Source: Minisyncoccia bacterium (GTDB taxonomy: Bacteria > Patescibacteriota > Minisyncoccia > Phycocordibacterales > Phycocordibacteraceae). From it: 64,000 bases of DNA. The stretch spans positions 77,530 to 141,529 of the forward strand of contig JBBQZW010000001.1 in the NCBI GenBank assembly GCA_038207395.1. The letters are read 5' to 3'. Under the pieces are notes generated by a model. The model ran no database searches. It was not told the DNA's origin and was given only the letters and a program-made list of their open reading frames with translations. Of this stretch, positions 9,808 through 18,154 are shown piece by piece. Within the stretch, counting starts at the first letter, position 1. Each line of letters begins with the position of its first letter. A program made the position numbers and the translations under genes.

Positions 9808-10770
9808 CTAGATACTGCAGACTCCTTTGTTTATTGTTATATCCCAGTGTGATGACTCCCGCGCGTATTCGTTACCGCATCTATCTTTATACAATTTAGT
9901 ACCGTCCTTACGGCTTCCTGTTTGGTTTAGTGATTTTAGAAAAGCATCAAGCGCAGCATTAGGCTGCAGGTCAACCTTGTACCCGGTAGAGTGACTGACG
10001 GCACCCGTAGCCTTATGCGTTCCTCCTGTAGTGGAGTTGACTTGGACGGAACAGCCGCATGCTTTTTTAATAGCAATCACTTGGTTTACGGTGTCGGCTC
10101 TTGTATTTGCCATAGTCGCAGTTCCCGAAAACTTCGCAATACTTACGCCTCCAGAAGTTAAGGCACTTCTTGTTTGACTATCATTAAGTACCGTACCAGA
10201 GACTGATCCTGCAGATGGACCTACTGCAGTTGAACCAATATTTTTACCCAAAAGAATATCAATAGTTCCCTCAGCAAGCGAGGTTGGTGCCTTAGCAACG
10301 ATACACCTGTCGCTCTGATCTGCTTTACCACTAATTATAGAGTTCCATGGACCGAAAGAGCCTTCGTCGTACACCGTCTTCATTACGTAATCCACGATGA
10401 GCCACGAAAGGAGGAGTACCGCTAAGCCAATGATTACATTTGTGAGTCTCGTGCGTGCTTTGCTTATGGACTCAGGACTTCCACCACTGGTGAGAAATGA
10501 TAAACCTGCGATAAGCAGATATATCGTGAAAAGAATTATGGCAACAGTAACGGCAAAGTTAATGACGTTTTGAACCGTTTGCATAACGCAGCCAAAATCT
10601 GGTGCAGTTGAAATCGTCCCACCTCCATTTGGATTAGGCTGGTCATTGCAGTGACATTCCTGCGGAACAATAGGACCAAGGAATGTCGGATTTGAAGCTG
10701 CAAACGAGTACTGTGGCATTGCGAGCAGAAGAAGGCTCAAGAATGCTCCTGCTATGACAGTTCGCTTCAT
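9808..10770 (-). CDS. pilin-like 2-TM module (TrbC/VirB2-like) fused to a Cys-containing extracellular domain (paralog A)
   Basis: 320 aa. It has a signal peptide, a CHC..APDFGC Cys cluster, TM1, a charged SKARTR loop, TM2, an IVDYVMKTVY motif and an FGPWNSI motif. This N-terminal ~135-aa module is collinear with ORF 11308-12318 and with the five small ORFs at 24849-26934. The C-terminal ~170 aa have several Cys and no recognised fold. Confidence 0.6.
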   Translation of the reverse strand: MKRTVIAGAFLSLLLLAMPQYSFAASNPTFLGPIVPQECHCNDQPNPNGGGTISTAPDFGCVMQTVQNVINFAVTVAIILFTIYLLIAGLSFLTSGGSPESISKARTRLTNVIIGLAVLLLSWLIVDYVMKTVYDEGSFGPWNSIISGKADQSDRCIVAKAPTSLAEGTIDILLGKNIGSTAVGPSAGSVSGTVLNDSQTRSALTSGGVSIAKFSGTATMANTRADTVNQVIAIKKACGCSVQVNSTTGGTHKATGAVSHSTGYKVDLQPNAALDAFLKSLNQTGSRKDGTKLYKDRCGNEYARESSHWDITINKGVCSI

Positions 10771-10784
10771 GTCACTATTCTAAC

Positions 10785-11300
10785 TTATTGCGGAAGCTTT
10801 ACCGCCCCAGGACAAAAACTGAGTCCTAGATCCTGACCTGCATAGGTTTCATTCACACTAATACTGGTGAAGACTTGCACCTGGAGTTCACAGATCTGAG
10901 TAGTGCTAAGGCCGAGCTTCGCTTTCAATTCCTTTTCAGCAGCGAGCCGAGACGCACCAAGTGGTTCAGCAAGTAGCGATACAAGAAAGCCAGTAGTATT
11001 TGGGTAATAGAGGATTGAGTACGTAGTTTCCTCGTCAGTAGTAACTTGGTATCCATTAGTATCGCTCGCCCACTCTGGTTGCCCTGAGACAATAAATGGC
11101 TGTACCGCGGCGGAAGTTCCGTCTTTGAGTGTTAACGATACCGTCTCCCCTACCGCTACCGGTGTTCCAGTCGCAAAGGTAAAAGGATTATTTACCGGAA
11201 TGGCTTCAGGCGCAGGAGTAGGGAAAACGAAGATGCGTATTAGTGCTCCAATCACCAGTAGCGTGAGAATGATTGAAGAGAGTACTAGAAGTCGTTTCAT
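10785..11300 (-). CDS. hypothetical membrane-anchored/secreted protein
   Basis: 171 aa with an N-terminal TM/signal (LLVLSSIILTLLVIGALIRIF). Sits between the two pilin-like fusion genes. Confidence 0.5.
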   Translation of the reverse strand: MKRLLVLSSIILTLLVIGALIRIFVFPTPAPEAIPVNNPFTFATGTPVAVGETVSLTLKDGTSAAVQPFIVSGQPEWASDTNGYQVTTDEETTYSILYYPNTTGFLVSLLAEPLGASRLAAEKELKAKLGLSTTQICELQVQVFTSISVNETYAGQDLGLSFCPGAVKLPQ

Positions 11301-11307
11301 ACAGAAA

Positions 11308-12318
11308 TTATTTAAAGGGCACGCTACATTTATTTGATGAATATGACCACGGCTGAAAGCCTCTCGAATTAAATAACTTGCATGCCTCTGCAGTATTGTA
11401 CGTGGGATTCTGTGCGGCCTTCACGCATGAATTATACAATTCTTGATCTTTAACTGAGGCCGTACACCACCCTGGATGTGATTTTCCTACCAGCGCACTT
11501 CCCTGGCATGCGGTGGTAAACGCTGCCGGACAGTTTAAGCCCGCTACTTTACTTGTCGTTAGGTTTATCTGCCACAATCCAACCGAGTAACTTGGGCCCT
11601 TACCGCTGTTCAAAAGATCCGACCCAGATTTAATTGAAGAATTGCCGCCGGCACTTTCAAGATTACATACACGAGCAGCTTCGTTCGCGCGAGCTCCAAA
11701 GCAGGTACCCTGTAGTGCTGAAACAGAACAGGCGCCGTTGTTAGGAACTGAGCATGACCCTCCACCTCCTGTACCATTTCCAAACTGCGCGCTTGGAGAA
11801 CTTCCTGCTTCACCGAGTTTTAGTGGGATAGTACCGGTTGCAAGCGGTGATGGATCATGTTCTTTAATACATTCATCTCCAGGAGTCGGTGAAAGTATCG
11901 AGTTCCATGGACCAAATACCGTTCCTTCAAATGCAGTATCAGGGTTGTATACGGTCTTCAGTACAAAGTCGACAATTATCCACGAGCTGAGTATGACCGC
12001 AATACCAATGACGGCATTAAATATTCGTGTACGTGCCTTTGAAAGTGCTTCGGGATTTCCTTGACCAAGCATTAGTGAAAACCCAGCAATGATAATCCAA
12101 ATGACACTAAGAATAATGCCGAACTCTACCGCAGCATTAATTACGTTTTGTAACACTTGGAGAATACATCCGTAGTCAGGAGCAGATCCTGGGCAGTAGC
12201 AGGTACTACCGAGTTGAGGAACGATAGGGTTGGTTGCTCCAAAGGCAATGTACGGAAGGGTAAGGATTAAGAATCCAAACGCAGCTGCAGTGTAGGGTGC
12301 CAAGGGGAAACGCGTCAT
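11308..12318 (-). CDS. pilin-like 2-TM module fused to an Rpf/lytic-transglycosylase-like domain (paralog B)
   Basis: 336 aa. The N-terminal module is paralogous to 9808-10770 (CYC..APDYGC, SKARTR loop, IVDFVLKTVY, FGPWNSI). The C-terminal region (..CNLESAGGN..YSVGLWQIN..GFQPWSYSSNKC) matches the Rpf/transglycosylase-like signature (CESGGNW..GL(Y)Q..W..C), including the catalytic Glu. Confidence 0.6.
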   Translation of the reverse strand: MTRFPLAPYTAAAFGFLILTLPYIAFGATNPIVPQLGSTCYCPGSAPDYGCILQVLQNVINAAVEFGIILSVIWIIIAGFSLMLGQGNPEALSKARTRIFNAVIGIAVILSSWIIVDFVLKTVYNPDTAFEGTVFGPWNSILSPTPGDECIKEHDPSPLATGTIPLKLGEAGSSPSAQFGNGTGGGGSCSVPNNGACSVSALQGTCFGARANEAARVCNLESAGGNSSIKSGSDLLNSGKGPSYSVGLWQINLTTSKVAGLNCPAAFTTACQGSALVGKSHPGWCTASVKDQELYNSCVKAAQNPTYNTAEACKLFNSRGFQPWSYSSNKCSVPFK

Positions 12319-12439
12319 GAGATATCCTTATAGTACGTTATGGAGCAGCGAAAAAGGCACGATTCCCCCAGTACGCCTGTCTGTCTAAGGACCGTAAAAT
12401 CTGGTATCGTGCAAAGTAACGCACTGCGCGTTACCCCAA

Positions 12440-12510
12440 GGGCCTGTAGTTTAATGGTAGAACAATGGATTCCAAACCCATTAGCCGAGGTTCGATTCCT
12501 CGTGGGCCCG
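12440..12510 (+). tRNA. tRNA-Trp (anticodon CCA)
   Basis: Acceptor GGGCCTG/TGGGCCC (two G-U pairs), anticodon loop TTCCAAA and T arm CGAGG-TTCGATT-CCTCG. Confidence 0.65.
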
Positions 12511-12638
12511 CATCTAATCCGTGCTTTATTTTATAGATTTTAAAATTGAGAATTTATAGCTTGCCAAGGGTGAGTAATAGTTTGATTTATCTACTAAGTG
12601 TGATATAAACTTAGCGTAGATTAATTTGGAGAAGTTCC

Positions 12639-13055
12639 TTGCAAGAAAGCTCATTAGCCATTTTGGCAGAAATTCACAGCCGTCTTTCGCATCTTATTTC
12701 GGAACTTATTTCGGAAAATGAAATCTGTTTAATTCCTAAGCGACTACGGCTCACCAATCCCAATAGAGTTTTTCTAGGACAATCGTCACGAGAGCAGCAG
12801 GCAATAGCCAGGCTCTATGATCAAATCTGTACCGAACATACAGACACGCATGAAGATACTGGACTTCCTGAAGGAGTTAATCCCCGGGTAAGTTTCGATC
12901 ACTATTTCAACCACGTAGCAGCTCCACTGCTGTCAGAGCTGCTAATTTGGTCAGCTCACAGGGATTACCCTGATGTATCGGAAACAATATCCATCATTGC
13001 GATTCAGTTCGATGCTGACTGGAACATGTACGCAGTAAAGAAAGATCAGTATTGA
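12639..13055 (+). CDS. hypothetical protein
   Basis: 138-aa ORF downstream of tRNA-Trp in an AT-rich block. No recognisable domain. Confidence 0.4.
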   Translation: MQESSLAILAEIHSRLSHLISELISENEICLIPKRLRLTNPNRVFLGQSSREQQAIARLYDQICTEHTDTHEDTGLPEGVNPRVSFDHYFNHVAAPLLSELLIWSAHRDYPDVSETISIIAIQFDADWNMYAVKKDQY

Positions 13056-13070
13056 CCGCTCACCCAAATG

Positions 13071-13105
13071 AACCGCTCGACTCCTAGGTCGGGCGGTTTC
13101 TTTTT
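13071..13105. terminator. bidirectional rho-independent terminator between convergent ORFs
   Basis: Hairpin CCGCTCGAC-tcctag-GTCGGGCGG followed by TTTCTTTTT. Confidence 0.6.
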
Positions 13106-13208
13106 ATACTTTATTTATAGCTAATTCCGTTCGAACCTCGTCCCACAGTACCCGCAAAGAAAAGAGCGCCGTACCTTCCCGGTCGTGCGCTCGATTTAGT
13201 TGTTAACG

Positions 13209-13679
13209 TTAGCTAGCTTGGTCCCGCATCGCGAGCTTCACGATGATCTCCGCGTCTTCACGCGAAAGCGACTTGATTTGCTCTGCGAGCTCTTGGAGTG
13301 ACAGTAGGATTAGATTCTGACGCTCATGGAATTCGATGAAGAGCGCGCCATAGAACGCTGGCTGGGATCGCCATTGCGTACTCGACGAACTGAGGAGCTG
13401 ATCGCAGAACTGTTCGAAGGTATAGCCCCTAACGACCGGCCGTCTCAATACGAGACTTGGATCTGATTTTTTGTATTTAATGTCATCGAACAAATAGTTC
13501 GTCATCTGATCACCACGTAGGTGGGCATGCCAAACAGTCTCCAGGTGCGCGAGACAATATTGGACATCCTGTACGATATCCAACGAGTCACTTTGCTGCG
13601 GAACCGCGCCCAGCAGCGATTCCGTTTGCGGGGTCTTCCGACCCCCAAACGTAGGACGAATAACATTATCTTCTGACAC
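13209..13679 (-). CDS. hypothetical protein
   Basis: 156-aa ORF convergent with 12639-13055. No recognisable domain. Confidence 0.4.
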   Translation of the reverse strand: MSEDNVIRPTFGGRKTPQTESLLGAVPQQSDSLDIVQDVQYCLAHLETVWHAHLRGDQMTNYLFDDIKYKKSDPSLVLRRPVVRGYTFEQFCDQLLSSSSTQWRSQPAFYGALFIEFHERQNLILLSLQELAEQIKSLSREDAEIIVKLAMRDQAS

Positions 13680-13835
13680 TCGAACCTCCTTATTTTAAAG
13701 AACTTGCTTATATACTTTGTACTATGAAAAGACTAAAGTTCAAATTGTAGTCGAATTTAGTCTGATGGGATCATCAACAAGAAAGCCCCGCACAAAGTGC
13801 GGGGCTGCGGCGTGCGCACACTGCGCTGGTAAAGA

Positions 13836-14096
13836 TCAATGACCTCCATTTCCTTTCTTTTTCTTCGGCATAAAAGGACGAATCAGGAAATACCAGATGG
13901 CGTAAAAAACTCCAGCCAGCGTTCCCATAGTGATAGCGAAGTTAATCGCATCATCCGGATGCAAATATGCATCCCGCGCCAGACTGATGAGGATTACTGT
14001 CCCGATTATTCGAACCAGATTCCGTGGCGTAAACAGGAAGTGGAACCATTGGTCCACTAATGGTTCACGAGCAGGACGGTTCGGACGACGTGCCAT
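13836..14096 (-). CDS. small membrane protein (2 TM)
   Basis: 86 aa with two hydrophobic helices and a Lys-rich C-terminus. A consensus sigma-70 promoter lies upstream on the minus strand. Confidence 0.45.
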   Translation of the reverse strand: MARRPNRPAREPLVDQWFHFLFTPRNLVRIIGTVILISLARDAYLHPDDAINFAITMGTLAGVFYAIWYFLIRPFMPKKKKGNGGH

Positions 14097-14121
14097 GTTT
14101 TTCCCTTTCTATGACTGAATG

Positions 14122-14190
14122 TATTATAGTACATAAGCTTACACTTTGTCAAGTTTTACCTTGGATAGATAGTATGAAAAACTTGACAAA
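14122..14190. promoter_or_regulatory. divergent promoter region with a perfect 13-bp inverted repeat (operator-like)
   Basis: The inverted repeat is TTTGTCAAGTTTT (14145-14157) with AAAACTTGACAAA (14178-14190), and each arm embeds a TTGACA -35 on one strand. The minus-strand promoter is TTGACA, an 18-nt spacer and TATAAT (14123-14128), driving 13836-14096. A plus-strand TTGACA faces the small ORF at 14240. Confidence 0.55.
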
Positions 14191-14239
14191 AATAGAATAT
14201 AAGTATATGTTGTAAGCTGTTCAACTAAGGGGAACGTAG

Positions 14240-14380
14240 ATGCAGGATTTCAATCCAAACAGCTTCGCAGTTATCTTCTTCGCCATCATGTTCGCTGCCT
14301 GCGTCATTCGCCTCATTGTTTGGGGCGCGCGCGGCAACAACTTCCGCCGTCTGATAACGGTGCTACGCGAAAACTGGTAA
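14240..14380 (+). CDS. small hydrophobic protein (46 aa)
   Basis: ATG preceded by AAGGGGA 7 nt upstream. The product MQDFNPNSFAVIFFAIMFAACVIRLIVWGARGNNFRRLITVLRENW has one TM. It is followed by the hairpin terminator at 14455-14487. It is below the size cutoff of the supplied ORF track. Confidence 0.4.
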   Translation: MQDFNPNSFAVIFFAIMFAACVIRLIVWGARGNNFRRLITVLRENW

Positions 14381-14454
14381 TATACCAGCGTCGCACACAA
14401 ACCAATGAGGTTCCGAACATGCTTCGGGCCTCTTTTTTTACCTAGTAATGAAAT

Positions 14455-14487
14455 AAGAAAAGCGCTCCCTCTGGGAGCGCTTTTCTT
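14455..14487. terminator. bidirectional rho-independent terminator
   Basis: Hairpin AAGAAAAGCGCTCCC-tct-GGGAGCGCTTTTCTT flanked by A/T runs. Lies just downstream of rpmG (minus strand) and of the small plus-strand ORF. Confidence 0.65.
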
Positions 14488-14497
14488 ATTTGAAGAA

Positions 14498-14653
14498 TTA
14501 TTTCTTCACTTCCTTGAAGATCTCGCGCTTACGCGTTGTCTTGTCGAACTTCGTGAGTTCAAGCTTACGCTCTACTTTCTTCTTATTCTTACGGGTGAAG
14601 ATCACCTGCTCAGACGCTGTGGAGCGGAGCTTTATAAGGTTTACCTGGGTCAT
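14498..14653 (-). CDS. rpmG: 50S ribosomal protein L33 (Cys-less form)
   Basis: 51-aa minus-strand ORF MTQVNLIKLRSTASEQVIFTRKNKKKVERKLELTKFDKTTRKREIFKEVKK with the L33 signature (T.KNK....KLEL.K(F/Y)D....R.H..F.E.K). It lacks the Zn-ribbon cysteines. It is not in the supplied ORF track and is overlapped by the spurious plus-strand ORF 14405-14683. Confidence 0.75.
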   Translation of the reverse strand: MTQVNLIKLRSTASEQVIFTRKNKKKVERKLELTKFDKTTRKREIFKEVKK

Positions 14654-14677
14654 ACGTGCACTGTAGCATTTAGGCTG

Positions 14678-17365
14678 TTATGAGGCAACCGCCATTTTAG
14701 GGCTTTTCGCTCGTGGTTTGCGCGCCGCTGATTTCTTAACATCAAAGGTCAATTCCCCGTTTTTAACGCCTACTGAGACTGATCCTCCTTCCATAATGCC
14801 TTGATCAACCATGAGTGAGGCGATAGGCGTAAGTATCTTGTCCTGGATTGCCCGCTTTAGCGGACGAGCACCATACTGAGGGTTATATCCTTTCTCTGCG
14901 AGCCACACACGAGCTTCGGGAGTAATTGAAAGTTCAATACGCTTTCCACCAAGACGTTCAACGACTTCACGAACCTGATTCTCAACAATGTCCGCAAGCG
15001 CCATCTTACTAAGCGGATCGAAGATAATGATGTCATCCAGACGGTTAAGGAATTCCGGACGGAAATGATCCTTGAGCGATCCCATCACCTTATCTTTCAC
15101 CAGTTCATATTGCGCCATGTCGTCATGATCACCGGACACAAATCCAATGTTTGCTGCACGGTCCATATATTCTGCACCAATGTTAGAGGTGAGAATAATA
15201 ATAGTGTTCTTAAAGTTTACTTTACGTCCTTTCCCGTCGGTCAGATGTCCTGAATCAAGCACCTGAAGAAGAATATTGAATACCTCAGGATGAGCCTTCT
15301 CTACTTCGTCGAAAAGAACCACGGCGTATGGTCGGTGACGAATACGTTCAGTTAAGCTTCCTGACTCTTCGTATCCCACATATCCAGGGGGTGCACCAAT
15401 AAGTTTTGACACGGAATGCTTTTCCATAAACTCGCTCATATCAACACGCACGAGTGCATCACGGTCATTAAACATGAACTCTGCTAGACGGCGAGAGAGC
15501 TCGGTCTTTCCGACACCTGTGGGGCCGAGGAACAGGAATGAGCCGATAGGGCGGTTTGGATCCGCAATTCCCACACGGGAGCGTTTTACGGCGTCGGTGA
15601 CAATCTTAATTGCTGCATCCTGGCCGATGACTTCTGACTTGAGGTTTACTTCCATGCGAGCAAGCTTTGCGGCTTCTTCTTCGATCATTTTCGCAACAGG
15701 AACTCCCGTCCATCGAGAAACAACACCAGCCACTTCATGTTCCGTTACTTCTTCATGGAGAATACGGCGTGACTTCTGAAGTACCTTAAGACGTTTTGCC
15801 TTTGTCTCAAGATCTTTCTGGAGCATTGGTACTTTCCCGTAGTGAATTTCAGCTGCACGCGCAAGATCACCGGTGGACTCCGCATTTTCAGCCATCACCC
15901 GAAGTTTATCGAGCTCTTCTTTTATGGCACGAATAGCATGAATCACTTCGCGCTCATTTTTCCATTTAAGTTCCAGCTCTGCTGTCTTTTCCCGAAGATC
16001 AGCCACTTCAGCATCAATAGCTTTTACGCGTTCACGAATTTCTTTTGCGCGTTCACCCTGCTCATCTTTCTTAAGTGCTTCGCGTTCAATTTCAAGACGA
16101 CGGATCTTTCGGTCAGTCTCTTCCAAAAGGGGTGGCTTGTTCTCAAGTGCGATGCGGAGGCCTGAACCAGCTTCGTCGATGAGGTCAATGGCTTTGTCGG
16201 GTAGGAAGCGGTCAGTAATATAGCGTTCCGAAAGCTCAACGGCTGAAACGATTGCACCATCAGTAATACGTACTCCGTGGAAGAGTTCATATTTGTCACG
16301 AAGACCTCGAAGAATAGCCACAGCATCCTCGGTTGAAGGTTCGTTTACAAATACAGGTTGAAAGCGGCGCGTGAGTGCACCGTCTTTTTCAATATGCTGC
16401 TGGTATTCTTTTAAGGTTGTCGCGCCGATCATACGGATTTCTCCACGCGAGAGCGCAGGTTTTAACATATTCGTCGCGTCCAGTGATCCTTCTGCTGCGC
16501 CAGCTCCCACAAGCGTATGAAGCTCATCAACGAAAATAATGACCTTACCGCTCGCCTTCTCAACCTCCTTCATAACCGCTTTCATCCGCTCTTCGAATTC
16601 ACCGCGGTACTTTGTACCGGCGATCATAAGCCCAAGGTCGAGCGAAAGGAGTTCTTTACCCTTAAGTGAGTCAGGGACGTCTCCTGCACACAAGCGCTGA
16701 GCAAGTCCTTCAGCGATAGCCGTTTTGCCTACACCCGCTTCACCGATAAGGACGGGGTTATTTTTTGTACGGCGAGAAAGAATCTGAATGACACGATTAA
16801 TTTCAAGATCACGACCAATAACGGGATCAAGCGCATTGTCTGCAGCCATTTTGGTAAGATTGCGCGTGTACTTTGCGAGAGCACGAAATCGCTTTGGTTC
16901 AGTAACTTGGCCATCCTTTGAATTTTTTAATTCATGCAATACTGCCATTACCGTTTCCTCATCGATCTTAAAGCGGTTAATCGCATCAGCGGCTGGTCCA
17001 GGGTGCTCAAGAATAGCGGCGAACAGGTGCTCTGTTCCAATAAATGAGTCATTCATCTTTGCTGCCACCTTCCCTGCTGACTCAAGTACCTCCGCAAGCT
17101 CTGGGGTTAGATACAAATTAAACGAAGGTGAGAGTATGTTTGCCGTCTCAGGAGACTCAAGTGATTCCAAAAGGAGATCGGAAAACATCATCGTGTCCAC
17201 ATCCATGCGGTCGAGCACGGAAAAGACGAGACTTTCTTCTTGATGAATAAGTGCCGTTAAGAGGTGGAGTGGGCTGACATGATTCTGACCACGCTCAATG
17301 GCGAGTTCATGGGCTTTTTTGATAGCTTCTTTAGCTTTTGCAGTGAAATTTTTGAACGGTGACAT
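14678..17365 (-). CDS. clpB: ATP-dependent chaperone ClpB
   Basis: 895 aa with a Clp N-domain, two AAA+ modules (GEAGVGKTAIAEGLA.. and GPTGVGKTELSRRLA..) and a long coiled-coil middle domain typical of ClpB. Confidence 0.85.
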   Translation of the reverse strand: MSPFKNFTAKAKEAIKKAHELAIERGQNHVSPLHLLTALIHQEESLVFSVLDRMDVDTMMFSDLLLESLESPETANILSPSFNLYLTPELAEVLESAGKVAAKMNDSFIGTEHLFAAILEHPGPAADAINRFKIDEETVMAVLHELKNSKDGQVTEPKRFRALAKYTRNLTKMAADNALDPVIGRDLEINRVIQILSRRTKNNPVLIGEAGVGKTAIAEGLAQRLCAGDVPDSLKGKELLSLDLGLMIAGTKYRGEFEERMKAVMKEVEKASGKVIIFVDELHTLVGAGAAEGSLDATNMLKPALSRGEIRMIGATTLKEYQQHIEKDGALTRRFQPVFVNEPSTEDAVAILRGLRDKYELFHGVRITDGAIVSAVELSERYITDRFLPDKAIDLIDEAGSGLRIALENKPPLLEETDRKIRRLEIEREALKKDEQGERAKEIRERVKAIDAEVADLREKTAELELKWKNEREVIHAIRAIKEELDKLRVMAENAESTGDLARAAEIHYGKVPMLQKDLETKAKRLKVLQKSRRILHEEVTEHEVAGVVSRWTGVPVAKMIEEEAAKLARMEVNLKSEVIGQDAAIKIVTDAVKRSRVGIADPNRPIGSFLFLGPTGVGKTELSRRLAEFMFNDRDALVRVDMSEFMEKHSVSKLIGAPPGYVGYEESGSLTERIRHRPYAVVLFDEVEKAHPEVFNILLQVLDSGHLTDGKGRKVNFKNTIIILTSNIGAEYMDRAANIGFVSGDHDDMAQYELVKDKVMGSLKDHFRPEFLNRLDDIIIFDPLSKMALADIVENQVREVVERLGGKRIELSITPEARVWLAEKGYNPQYGARPLKRAIQDKILTPIASLMVDQGIMEGGSVSVGVKNGELTFDVKKSAARKPRAKSPKMAVAS

Positions 17366-17377
17366 AGAAAGTATTGA

Positions 17378-18154
17378 TTATTTCCCTGCAGCAGGAGCTT
17401 GTAAAAGTGCCGTAATGGAATCGGATGGAATGAGCAAACCTCCTGCTCCATTTCCTATGCCGATAACCATTCCGGAAAGGTCGACTACTCCACCGCCAAC
17501 CGGCACACTCGAAAGGCTGGTGTCGATCGAAGTGGCTGCGACCTTACTAATGATGCCGGTTAGCGCAGAGGAATCTTTCGTGAGTGCGAGTACGGTCTGT
17601 CCTTGTTTAAGCTTACTTGAAGGAACGAGTCCAGCGTCAGGAGCTTTTGGAAGGACTGCGCCATCGGCAAAGCCGTAGATGGAAAGAGACGCTGATGATT
17701 TTGAGAGCGAGGCCTTCTGAGAAGATCCGTCACTAAATGAGATGATTGCTTCCTTTGGAAGACCATCAACAGTAACCGTGACTATGGCGCGGGACTTTGG
17801 CAAATAAGTACCAAAAGCAATGGCGGGTGTGGTTGTGGACTCCTTGTATATAAGAACTGAGCGGGCTGCTGCGTCTCCAATGGCTGCAGTCATGAGCTGC
17901 TCTACACTCGGCGCACTTGGAGGCGCTGTAATTGACTTGATGGGATTAACCACTTGGATAGGTGTCGCTATGGTCTGTATCGTGTGTTCAACAATACGGT
18001 CTACCCCTTGCGAAACTTGGATAGGAGCGCGATCCAAGAGGGACACAGTGAGAATACCCGTAGCGATAGACACTACGAAGTTAACCATGACGGTGAGGAG
18101 CAGGAGTTGGGCTTTTGATAGATCCTCGATATCCATACCTATATAGTATAGCAA
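17378..18154 (-). CDS. membrane-anchored trypsin-like (S1C/HtrA-like) fold protein with a degenerate catalytic triad
   Basis: 258 aa with an N-terminal TM. The C-terminal half is collinear with the HtrA protease core (..QGQTVLALTKDSSALTGIISKVAAT..IDTSLSSVPVGGGVVDLSGMVIGIGN). The GNSGGP serine motif is GGGVV, and no His/Asp appear at the expected positions. Confidence 0.4.
   Translation of the reverse strand: MLYYIGMDIEDLSKAQLLLLTVMVNFVVSIATGILTVSLLDRAPIQVSQGVDRIVEHTIQTIATPIQVVNPIKSITAPPSAPSVEQLMTAAIGDAAARSVLIYKESTTTPAIAFGTYLPKSRAIVTVTVDGLPKEAIISFSDGSSQKASLSKSSASLSIYGFADGAVLPKAPDAGLVPSSKLKQGQTVLALTKDSSALTGIISKVAATSIDTSLSSVPVGGGVVDLSGMVIGIGNGAGGLLIPSDSITALLQAPAAGK

Noticed and set aside
14405-14683. 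92-aa plus-strand ORF downstream of the small peptide gene.
   Set aside because: It runs across the hairpin terminator at 14455-14487. The opposite strand encodes a clear ribosomal protein L33 (rpmG), so the plus-strand frame is an antisense artefact.
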